From: Candidatus Saccharimonadota bacterium | GTDB taxonomy: Bacteria; Bacillota_I; Bacilli_A; Mycoplasmatales; Hepatoplasmataceae | Direction: 5' to 3' | Length of the DNA stretch: 32,000 nucleotides | Assembly: GCA_027925225.1 (NCBI GenBank) | Contig: AP027131.1 | Location: forward strand, 630,001 to 662,000 | Shown here: positions 20,026 through 28,889 of the stretch, piece by piece | Position numbering within the stretch: position 1 is the stretch's first letter | Layout: every line of letters starts with the position of its first letter | The notes under the pieces: generated by a model | Database searches by the model: none | What the model saw: the letters and a program-made list of their open reading frames with translations, nothing else | What the model was told of the DNA's origin: nothing | Position numbers and translations under genes: made by a program

Positions 20026-21578
20026 CCTAAATTAAGATCTTCTTCTAAATAAAATGACATATTTATTTTTCTATGTTTTAATTTATTTTCATCATATCTT
20101 GATGATGCTTTAATTAAATTTGCTACTCCTATTTGTCCTATAATCATTGTTAAAATTCCAAAAATTTCTGTAGAAATTCCAATTGTTGAAATTCCATTTA
20201 CGGTTGATGTCCCAATTGAAAGTCCAGTTGTCCCAAAAGCAGATGTAGCAATAAATAAAGCGCTTAAATAAGAATCGATATTATCATTAACCCAAACATC
20301 CTCTATTGAAATAATAATAGAAACACTAAATACAATTACTAAAGAAGAAAGGAATATTTTTTTACTTAAATCAATTGTTTCATTTGAAATTTTTTTATTA
20401 AAAATAACATTTTTTCTTTCTTGTTTTTTAAATAGTGAAAAGAAATATATTAAAAGAATAGCTGTTGTTGTTGTTCTTATTCCACCAGCTGTAGATCCTG
20501 GCCCTGAACCAATAAACATCATCAAGATATATATTCCTTTACTTGTGTCAGAAAGCTCATTTAAATCAAATGTTGAAAATCCACAATTACGTGTTGAAAA
20601 AGTATTAAATGTTAGTGCTCAATATTTTTCTCCCATATTTCCATAATTGGAATTACCTAGAAATGAGCTCCCTTCATCAATTGCATATTTTATTGCTTCT
20701 GTAATATAAACAAGAATTAATCCAATAAAAGCAACCGAAAAATATATTAATGCAGAAATTTTTGTGAATAAAGAAAATTTAAATCCTTGTCCTTTTGATT
20801 TATTTACAATATTTTTCTTAATATCATAAATTACAGCAAATCCAATACCTCCAAAAATAAATAATATTAATGTTAATACTTGAAAACCATAATTACTATA
20901 ATATTCAGCAAGAGATGTATTTCCATTTAATATATCAAAACCTGCATTATTTATAGAAGCATTTGCATGAAAAAAGCCTGTTCAAAAAGATTGGCCTCAA
21001 TCGCCTTTAAGTTCTGTTCCTGTATAACCTGCATTTATATAATCTTCGGAAGGTCTTGGATCTACTGTAGCAAAAATAATTCCAAAAATAATTCCAAAAA
21101 TAATAATTCCTAAAATCATAGAAAATACAGCAACTTTTATTATTTCTTTTGTTTCTGAATTATGTGTTTCTCCAAGCTCTCGCTTAGCTTCACTTTCTAT
21201 TTTTCTATTTTTACTATTATAAAAAATAAAGGTAATTATAAAATATTTAAAAGTAAATCAACCAATACCTCCGAGCATAATAAGAAAGAAAATAATTAAT
21301 TGACCAAAAAGATTATAAACATCGCTTATTGAAAATACATTAAGACCAGTGTCTGAAAAAGCAGAAGAAGAAATAAATAGAACATCTAAAAAATTTATAT
21401 CGTATTCTTTTCCATCTGAAGTTTTTGTAAAAGGGAAAAATAAAAGTAATGCTCCAATAAAAATTATTAATAAATATCAAAGTATTAATTGTTTATATCC
21501 TTTATTTTTATAAAGTAATTTTTTATAAAGTTTATAAAAAAAAGATCTATTTTCTTCTACTTTATATTCATTATCCAT
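20022..21578 (-). CDS. ktrB: TrkH/KtrB-type K+ transporter membrane subunit (518 aa)
   Basis: ORF 20022..20525 extends in frame to ATG 21578, and I checked that there is no TAA or TAG. Selectivity-filter-like loops are present: SDTGLN, MLGGIGW, NNAGFD, FGGIGF, STRNCGFS, STAGGIRTTT and FGTTGLS. The ATG lies inside the ligA stop region (ATGGATAA). Confidence 0.9.
21072..21110. repeat. In-frame 12-bp tandem repeat inside ktrB
   Basis: The sequence is AAAAATAATTCC AAAAATAATTCC AAAAATAATAATTCC on the plus strand. It encodes GIIIFGIIFGIIF on the minus strand. Confidence 0.6.
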
Positions 21579-23610
21579 ATTTTTGTTTTAATTGATTTAT
21601 ATCTATTATCTCTATTATCTTATCTTTACTAATTTTATTTAATTTATTATTTGATGGATTTTCTCCTACAATTAAATAATCTAAATCTTTAGTTACTGTG
21701 TTTACGGGTATTGCGCCATAAGAAATAAAAAGATTTTTAATTTCAATTCTTGTAGCTCCTTGGATAGTCCCAGTAATTAAAATTTTTTTATTATAAAAAA
21801 AATTATTTCTATTTAATATACTTTCTTTATATATAAAATTTATTCCTTTTTCTTTTAATTCTTTAATTATTTCTATATTTTCTTTATTTTCAAAAAATTT
21901 AATAATTGATCCTGATTTTACTTCTCCAAAATCATCATCTTTTAATAATTCATCATATTTTAGATTTCTTATTATTTCTAAATCTTTATATTTTCTAGCT
22001 AAATCAAATGAAGTTTTCTCACCTATATGTCTTATACCCAAAGAAAAAAGAACATTATTTAAATTTTGATTTTTTGAATTTTCAATTGAAGAAAGTAAAT
22101 TATTAACAGATTTTTCTTTATAACCATCCATATTTAATAATTCTTCTTTATGATTTTCTAAATTATAAATATCTGTGATTTTTTTAATTCAACCTAAATC
22201 TCTAAACTTCTCAATTTGTTTTATTGAAAGTCCTTCTATATTCATTGCTTTTTTTGAAACAAAATGAATAAATATTTCTAAAATTCTATCAGGACAATTA
22301 ATATTAATACAATATTGATCTACTTCACCCTCAAAAATTTTAAGTTCTGAATTACAACTTGGACAATTTTTTGCTTCTTTTCATTCTTCTTTATTAACTT
22401 TAAATTTTTCTAAAGATAAACCAATAACCTTTGGAATGATATCTCCTGCTTTTTTTACAAGTACATAATCTCCTTCATTTATATTTAATCCTTTTATATA
22501 ATTTGCATTATGTAATGTTGCTTTTTGAACATTTGAACCTAATAATGTAATTTTTTCTAATTGTGCATTATAAGTAACTCTTCCTGTTCTGCCAATAGTA
22601 GGAAAAATTTTTAATAATTTTGTTTCTTTTATTTCTGTTGGAAATTTATATGCTATAGCTCATTTAGGAAATTTTGAAGTAACTCCTAATTTTTCATAAT
22701 TAAATATTTCATTTAATTTAATTACAATTCCATCTATTTCATAATTTAAATCATCTCTTAAATTTGAAATTTCTTTTATGCTTTTCATTACTTCATTAAC
22801 ATTATTTGCTATTCTAAAATGAGAATTAATTGTAAAACCTAATTTTTTCAATAAATTCATATTTTTTTCTTGTGTTTCTTTGCCCTTTGTTTTATCTTTA
22901 AAAAGCAAAAAGAAAAAAAATGCATCTAGCTTCCTTTCTCTTACAATATAAGAATTTAATTGTCTTAAAGTTCCAGCTGCTGCATTTCTTGGATTTGCAA
23001 ATAATTCTAATGGCTTTCTTCCTTTTTTTTCATATTCTTTATTTTTTAAAATTCTTTTTTTATTAATTTCTTCAAATGATTCTAGTGAAATATAGACTTC
23101 CCCTCTTACTTCTATTTCGTCTTTTAAAAAAATTTCTTTTGGAATGGATTTAATTTCATAAATATTTTGAGTTACATTTTCTCCTATTTTCCCGTCTCCT
23201 CTTGTAAGTGCTCTTACAAGTTTTCCATTTTTATAAGAAATAGAGATTGATAGTCCATCTATTTTAGGTTCAATATAATAAGAAAAATCTTTTATATTTT
23301 CTTTTTTAATTTGTTCATCAAAATGAAATATATCTCCTTCATTAAATGCATTTTTAAGAGAAAGCATAGGTTCAATATTGTGTTCTTCTTTTTTAAAGGA
23401 AGTTTTTTTTAAAAAAATCCCTACTTTTTGTGTTGGAGAATTTATAGTAATTAAATTAGGATATTTTTTTTCTAAATCAATAAGCTCATTCATTGCTTTA
23501 TCATAAATAGCATCATCTATACTTGGATTATCGTCTAGATAATATTCTTCATTTCATTTATCTATTTTTTTTCTTAATTTTTCTATTTTTTCTTCTATAT
23601 TTTTTGTCAT
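21571..23610 (-). CDS. ligA: NAD-dependent DNA ligase LigA (679 aa)
   Basis: Fragments 22660..23493 and 21571..22131, the gap and the N-terminal extension to ATG 23610 (MTKNIEEKIEKLRKKIDKWNEEYY) are all in one frame. The adenylation motif is EPKIDGLSIS. A Zn-finger Cys cluster (CPSCNS…CININCP) was read across the gap. HhH and BRCT regions are present (ILITGTIQGATR). Confidence 0.97.
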
Positions 23611-23620
23611 ATTAATAAAA

Positions 23621-25117
23621 TTATACCCTTGATTTTTTATTTAAATTTTTAACAAAATTTAAAGTAAAGAAAATAATAAATAAGAAAAATAATAAATAAT
23701 AAATATCATAATTTAAAGATAAATCAAAAATTATTGAAAAAGTAACAATTGTAAAAGGATTAAAAAATAAAATAAATATTATTGAAAAAAAGTAACTAAA
23801 TGAATTTTCTTTATCTTTAAATTTTTTATAAAAAATTAAATAAAAGAAAAAATAAAATGTTGTAAGAACTATAAAAGTAAAAAATAAAATTGAAATTGTT
23901 AAATTAAGTGAATAGCTTGCATTTGAAAATGTATCAAAATATAATAAATTTCCCATTTTATCAAAATAACCATTTGCATCTGAAAAAATAAAAAATAAAT
24001 TTAAAGCAAAAATAAAAATTAAAAAAGCAAAAATAAAATTCTTTTGATTTTTTTTAAGATTTTCTTCAAAATTTAAAAGCTCTGTGCTTCTTTCTCATTT
24101 AAAGAGGGAGGCAACTGGATAATAAAATATTAATAATCCAATTATAAAAAATAACAATCCATAAAATATTGAAATATTATAAATATAAAGAAAAAACTGA
24201 ATAAATATTAAAACTAAAGAAAGAGAAAAAACTGAATAAATATTTTCTTCTTTATAGAGTAAATAAAAAATTAATGAAAAAGAAAAAGATATAAAATAAA
24301 AGATTCCTCAATTTGTTGATGAAAAACTTAAAAATATTGAAAATAATATTATTTGATTGAAAATATTGTTTTTTGATTTATAGTTTTCCTTTTCATATAA
24401 AAGGAAAATAGCAAAAATAAATAAATAAATTACAAAATAATATTCACTCAAGGTTGAAAATACATTTATTAAAAATGTAAAAAGTAATGAAATAGATAAA
24501 ATTAAAATCTCAGAAAAAAGGTAATTTTTGTTATTTTGCCCTATAACTCCTTTAGTTAAAAAGTAAATTAAATAAGAAAATAAAAAAACTAAAAAATAAT
24601 TTAAAAAAATTGAATTTGATACTTCATAAATTTGTATTTGTAAAGAAATATCATTGTAATAATATTGATAAAAAGGATATGAAACATCTAGCGATTGTGA
24701 TGGATTAAAAAATTCTAAATTTTTTTCTGAAAAATAAAAAGTAACAAAAATTATTATTATTGATAAAAATGTAATTATTGTTTTCTTGAAAAAGAAAAAA
24801 TTATATTTTTGATTAAAATTTATTCAATTCTTAAATGAAAAAATTAAGAAAAATAATATAAAAAAGTCCTTTATTTTTTCAAAAATAATCATTACATCTT
24901 GAGATATATTAAAAAGCATGAAAAAAGAATAAAAGAAAAAATTAAGACCAAATAATAATAAAAATCCTATATTTATCTTTAGAAAAAAATTATACTTTTC
25001 AAAATGGTAATAATTACCTATTAAAGTACCAATTGCATAACTTAATATAAACAAATACAATAAATATAATGACAATATTGCTATATCATTTGGAATAAAT
25101 AATGTTGTTAAAAACAT
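23621..25117 (-). CDS. Hypothetical polytopic membrane protein, extremely Phe/Ile/Leu/Tyr-rich (498 aa)
   Basis: Fragments 24824..25117 and 23621..23956 and the 867-nt gap between them were translated codon by codon. The gap contains four TGA codons and no TAA or TAG. The protein has many hydrophobic segments. It ends 10 nt before the ligA ATG. Confidence 0.75.
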
Positions 25118-25225
25118 AGTTGTATAAATTATATTATTTTGTTTGTAATAAATTTTTTAAATAATCTTTATAATTAAATAACAAAAATTATTAATTTATT
25201 ATTTATAATTTTTGTGGAGGTTTTT

Positions 25226-25849
25226 GTGGGATACAAAAAAATTAACTTGCCTTACAATTACAATTTTTTAGAACCTTATATCGATGAACAAACAATGAAG
25301 TTTCATTATGATGTACATCATAGAGGTTATGAAGAAAAATTAAATAATGCATTAAAAACACACAATCAAGAGAATTTAGAGAAAAAATATCCAACAATAA
25401 ATGATCTTATGAAGAATTATCAATCAATTGAAAATAAAGAACTTAAGATTGCAATAAGAGAATTTGGCGGAGGATTAATTAATCATAATTTTCTTTGAAC
25501 AGAATTAACAAAAAATCCAAAACAACTTACTGAAGATGGAAATTTAAAAAAAGCTATTATAAGTAAATGAGGAAGTTTTGAAAATTTTAAAAGCGAATTT
25601 GAAAAAGAATCACTTTCTCTTTTTGGTTCAGGTTGAGTTTGATTAGTAAAAAGAGGAGGAAAGGGAATTAAAATTATCAAAACTTTTAATCAAGATAATC
25701 CATGATTCCTGAATTTTACTCCGATTATTGGAGTGGATCTTTGAGAGCATTCCTATTACTTAAAGCATAATGCAAATCGAAAAGAATATTTAAGTGATTT
25801 TTGAAGTGTTATAGATTGAGAAAAGGCAGAAGAAAGATTTAATTCATAA
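25226..25849 (+). CDS. sodA: Fe/Mn-family superoxide dismutase, Mn-type signature (207 aa)
   Basis: The start is GTG 25226, preceded by GGAGG (25216-25220) at 5-nt spacing. Motifs: LPYNYNFLEPYIDEQTMKFHYDVHHRGY; GGGLINHNFLW; GSGWVWL, with both W encoded by TGA at 25634 and 25640; NQDNP; and DLWEHSYYL, with W encoded by TGA at 25742. All four metal-ligand positions (H, H, D, H) are present. The gene ends at TAA 25847. Confidence 0.9.
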
Positions 25850-25869
25850 ATTAGAAAATATAGAAATCT

Positions 25870-25896
25870 AAAAAGAGTCGGTTGACTCTTTTTTTA
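25870..25896. terminator. Bidirectional rho-independent terminator between convergent sodA and the EIIA-like gene
   Basis: AAAAAGAGTC-GGTT-GACTCTTTTT is a perfect 10-bp stem flanked by A and T runs. It lies 20 nt after the sodA stop and immediately after the stop at 25899 on the other strand. Confidence 0.8.
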
Positions 25897-25898
25897 AA

Positions 25899-26378
25899 TT
25901 AAATAATATTAAAAATCTTTTCCAAATTTTTAATATCTCTACTTTTAACTATTTTTGATTCAAGAAATTCATTTTCTTTATCTTTTTGTTCATAAAAAAA
26001 GATATCGCTTACTCTATTTAAAGGATCTAATCTAGAAAAATCTACTTCTAATATTTTTTGAGATTTTTTAATTTTTTTTCCTTTTTTAACAAATAATTTA
26101 AAAGCTTTATCGCTTTTTTCTAAAGTATTTAATTTAATATAAAGATGGTATTTTTTATTATCTTTTGTATTAATAATAAAAAAATTTTTATTCTTTGAAA
26201 TAAATTTTATTTTACCTTCTATAGGGGAAGTAATCGTTTGTTTAGGGTCTTTATTAGGAATAACTGTAAGACCTTCACTTATTGATTTAACGATGTTAAA
26301 ACCATTAAAAAATTTATTTTTTCTTATTTCTGTGTCAAAATGTTCTGAATAAAGTTTTATTGTTTTTTTACTAGACAT
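25899..26378 (-). CDS. EIIA(Glc)-like (PTS_EIIA_1-like) small protein, divergent (159 aa)
   Basis: This is an uninterrupted ORF. The pattern GLTVIPNKDPKQTITSPIEGKIKFIS…YHLYIKLNTLEKSDKAFKLFVKKGKKIKKSQKILEVDF parallels the EIIA-Glc blocks GxGxAIxP…APxDGxV…HxGIDTVxLxGxGF…VxxGDxVxxGxxL. The His positions do not line up cleanly. The ATG overlaps the prmC stop (ATGTCTAG). Confidence 0.45.
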   Translation of the reverse strand: MSSKKTIKLYSEHFDTEIRKNKFFNGFNIVKSISEGLTVIPNKDPKQTITSPIEGKIKFISKNKNFFIINTKDNKKYHLYIKLNTLEKSDKAFKLFVKKGKKIKKSQKILEVDFSRLDPLNRVSDIFFYEQKDKENEFLESKIVKSRDIKNLEKIFNII

Positions 26379-27206
26379 AAATTTTTAAATACCTATCTTT
26401 CTTTGATAAGTCCTTAAAAAAATCAACTTTTTTAAAGTTATAATTCTTTAATAAGTTTCCTAATTTTTCTTTTTGATTGTAACCTATTTCTAAAAAAATA
26501 TAAATTTCATCTTTTTTAATTTTTTTTGCTAGTTCAAAAATTTCTTTAAAAATTAATAATTCTTCTTTAGGCGAATAAAGCGCTTTTTTAGGTTGATTTC
26601 TTTTAACTCAACTTGAAATCTCTTTATCGTTTTTAACAAGATAAGGAGGATTTGAGATAATAATATCATATTCTTTGGAAAAAAAATATTTATTAAAATC
26701 AGCATAAATAAAATTAATTTTACCTTTTAATTTGGGTAATTTAATATAATAATTTTCCTTTGATAATTTAATTGCTTTCTTATTAATATCTAAAGAATCA
26801 ATTTCAAAATTTTTATATTTTGCAAGAATAATCGGAATAACACCACTCCCAGAACCTATTTCTAGTACATTACATTTTTTATCAAATTGTTTTAATACTA
26901 AATCAATTAGTCCTTCAGTATCTGGTTGTGGCACAAAAACTTTTTTTTTACAATAAATTTCTCATCATAAAATCATTTAAATCCATAAAGAAAGGTTGCA
27001 TCTTTGTTGTTGGTTTCATAATTTATTATTTTGTTTATTATTTTTAATTCTTTTTTTGTTAATTCAAAATAAACAAAATTTTTATAATATTCATTATTTG
27101 AAATAGAAAAATATTTTATAAAAACTTTTTCAAACATTTTTTTATAAAATTCATCTTTGTTTTTTAAATAAGATAATAATTCTACTTTTTTATTAAATTT
27201 CATCAT
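26371..27206 (-). pseudogene. prmC: Release-factor glutamine methyltransferase PrmC/HemK, reading frame broken by a 1-nt deficit in an A9 tract (26941-26949)
   Basis: The N-terminal part (ATG 27206, …LYGFKWFYDEKFIVKKK) is in frame 0. The methyltransferase part (VFVPQPDTEGLID…VLEIGSGSGVIP…IISNPPYL…, ending at TAG 26371) is in frame 1. The switch occurs exactly at GTAAAAAAAAAG. A tenth A would restore KKKVFVPQPDTE. As written, frame 0 stops at 26907-26909. The total length is 836 nt, which is 3n+2. Confidence 0.85.
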
Positions 27207-28257
27207 TATAGTTTTTGCTTAATGCATCTATAAATTCATCTAAATTTCCATTTAAAACTTGATCTAGTTTTTTTAGTTTTAAATTTATTCTATGGTCAGT
27301 AACTCTATTTTCAGGATAATTATAGGTTCTTATTTTTTCTGATCTTTCACTTGAACTTAAAATTTTTCTTTTAGTTTCAGTCTCTTTTTCTCTTTCTTCT
27401 TCTAATTGGAGATTATTTATTTTTGAAATTAATGTTTTCATTGCTTTATCTTTATTATCGTGTTGACTTCTTCCATCTTGAGAAGAAACACTAAGTCCAG
27501 TAGGAATATGAGTTATTCTAACAGCTGAATCTGTTTTATTTACATGTTGACCACCAGCGCCAGAAGAACGATAAGTATCTATTCTTAAATCATTAGGATT
27601 TATTTCAATATTTAATTCGTCATTTTCTGGAATAACATAAACGCTAACAGTTGAGGTTTGAAGCTTATCTTGTGATTCTGTTTTTGGAACACGTTGAACT
27701 CTGTGAGTGCCTGATTCATATTTAAACTTACCATATGCATCTCTTCCTATTGCAAAAAAAGTAATTGAAGAATAACCACCTTGTTCTGAAACGTTACTAT
27801 CAATTACTTCTAATTCATAATTTTGTTTTAATGCATATTTTTTATACATTTCAAAAATATTTGCAGCAAATAAATTTGCTTCTTCTCCGCCTACTCTTCC
27901 TTTGATTTCAATAATTGCATTTTTTTCATCATTTGGATCTTTTTCTACAAGAAGATCTAAAATGTTTTGATAAATTTCTTCTTCTTTTTCAAAATTTTCT
28001 TTCAATAGATTTCTATAGGAATCTATTGAATCTTTATTTGTTTCACTTTTTATTATTGAATGTAAATCGTTGATATCTTTTGTAAGTGATTTATATTTGT
28101 TATATTCTTCATAAATTGGTTTATATTTTTTAAAAAGACTATTTAATAATTTAAGTTTTTCTATATTAGAAAAAATATTTGGATCATTTATTTTTCTTTC
28201 AATTTCCAAATATTCATTCTCAATTTGAATTAATTTATCAAGTATTTGTTTTTCCAT
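27193..28257 (-). CDS. prfA: Peptide chain release factor 1 (354 aa)
   Basis: This is an uninterrupted ORF. The GGQ motif is SGAGGQHVNKTDSAVRITH, and the RF1-type PxT tripeptide region is RVQRVPKTESQ. Its 3' end overlaps the prmC start by 14 nt. Confidence 0.97.
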   Translation of the reverse strand: MEKQILDKLIQIENEYLEIERKINDPNIFSNIEKLKLLNSLFKKYKPIYEEYNKYKSLTKDINDLHSIIKSETNKDSIDSYRNLLKENFEKEEEIYQNILDLLVEKDPNDEKNAIIEIKGRVGGEEANLFAANIFEMYKKYALKQNYELEVIDSNVSEQGGYSSITFFAIGRDAYGKFKYESGTHRVQRVPKTESQDKLQTSTVSVYVIPENDELNIEINPNDLRIDTYRSSGAGGQHVNKTDSAVRITHIPTGLSVSSQDGRSQHDNKDKAMKTLISKINNLQLEEEREKETETKRKILSSSERSEKIRTYNYPENRVTDHRINLKLKKLDQVLNGNLDEFIDALSKNYNDEI

Positions 28258-28266
28258 TAAGTATTA

Positions 28267-28476
28267 TTACTTTCTTGATTTTTCAATTCTTTTATTAAAT
28301 CTATCTATTCTACCAGTTTTTGAAGTATTTGACATTTTACCATTGTAAAAAGGATGACAATTATAACAAACATCAACTTTAATTTCTTTTGAAAGTGAGT
28401 GAGTTGTAAAAGAGTTACCACAACTTATACATGTAACTTTTGATTCTATATATTTTGGATGTTTTTCTTTTTGCAT
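28267..28476 (-). CDS. rpmE: 50S ribosomal protein L31, Zn-binding type A (69 aa)
   Basis: The start is ATG 28476, preceded by the Shine-Dalgarno sequence GGGAGGA. The sequence is MQKEKHPKYIESKVTCISCGNSF…VDVCYNCHPFYNGK, with CxxC…CxxCH motifs. The GTG at 28488 in the ORF track sits inside the Shine-Dalgarno sequence and was not used. Confidence 0.9.
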   Translation of the reverse strand: MQKEKHPKYIESKVTCISCGNSFTTHSLSKEIKVDVCYNCHPFYNGKMSNTSKTGRIDRFNKRIEKSRK

Positions 28477-28565
28477 AAATCCTCCCACAGTAAAATAAGT
28501 AAAAAACTTATCCTTATAATATATTATATATTTTTTAAATGAATTTAAATACAGAAAAAATGAAA

Positions 28566-28865
28566 TTAATCCATTAGATTTTCTATTTTATCTAATTCTT
28601 CATCTAAAATTTCGGTGCTTATCTTTCTAACTTGATCTAATGAATATTTTTTTCTTAAATCTCATTTTTTTTGCTTATTTTTACTTATTAAAATTATATT
28701 TTCATCTTTACTCATAGAAAGAAGCAAATCTGCTTTTAAAACATTTTTATCCATTTCTTCAGAAAAATCACTTAAATAATTTTTTTCAAAAACTTTTCAA
28801 ACTTCTTTAAAAGTCATTTGTCCTTTTTCATTTAATAACTCAATTACTTTTTCAACATTTATCAT
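28566..28865 (-). CDS. rpoE: RNA polymerase delta subunit (RpoE)-like, short (99 aa)
   Basis: This gene is not in the ORF track because two TGA codons split it. ATG 28865 opens MINVEKVIELLNEKGQMTFKEVWKVFEKNYLS…NKQKKWDLRKKYSLDQV…EILDEELDKIENLMD, ending at TAA 28566. The WxLRxxY…DQ block and the acidic C-terminus resemble the HARE-HTH domain of Bacillus RpoE. Confidence 0.55.
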
Positions 28866-28889
28866 CTTAATTACCTTAGACAAAGATTA

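Noticed and set aside
25214-25225. GTG 25214 as the sodA start, and likewise GTG 28488 as the rpmE start.
   Set aside because: Both GTGs sit within or immediately adjoining the GGAGG/GGGAGGA Shine-Dalgarno sequences. Those sequences are correctly spaced for the downstream starts (GTG 25226 and ATG 28476). The downstream starts also give canonical N-termini.
25118-25225. PerR/Fur-type 7-1-7 box (TTATAATnATTATAA-like strings) upstream of sodA.
   Set aside because: The best candidates (for example TTATAATTAAATAAC) have several mismatches in the second half-site. Such strings are expected by chance at this AT content.
25483-25680. Minus-strand 65-aa ORF.
   Set aside because: It is antisense to the central conserved part of sodA.
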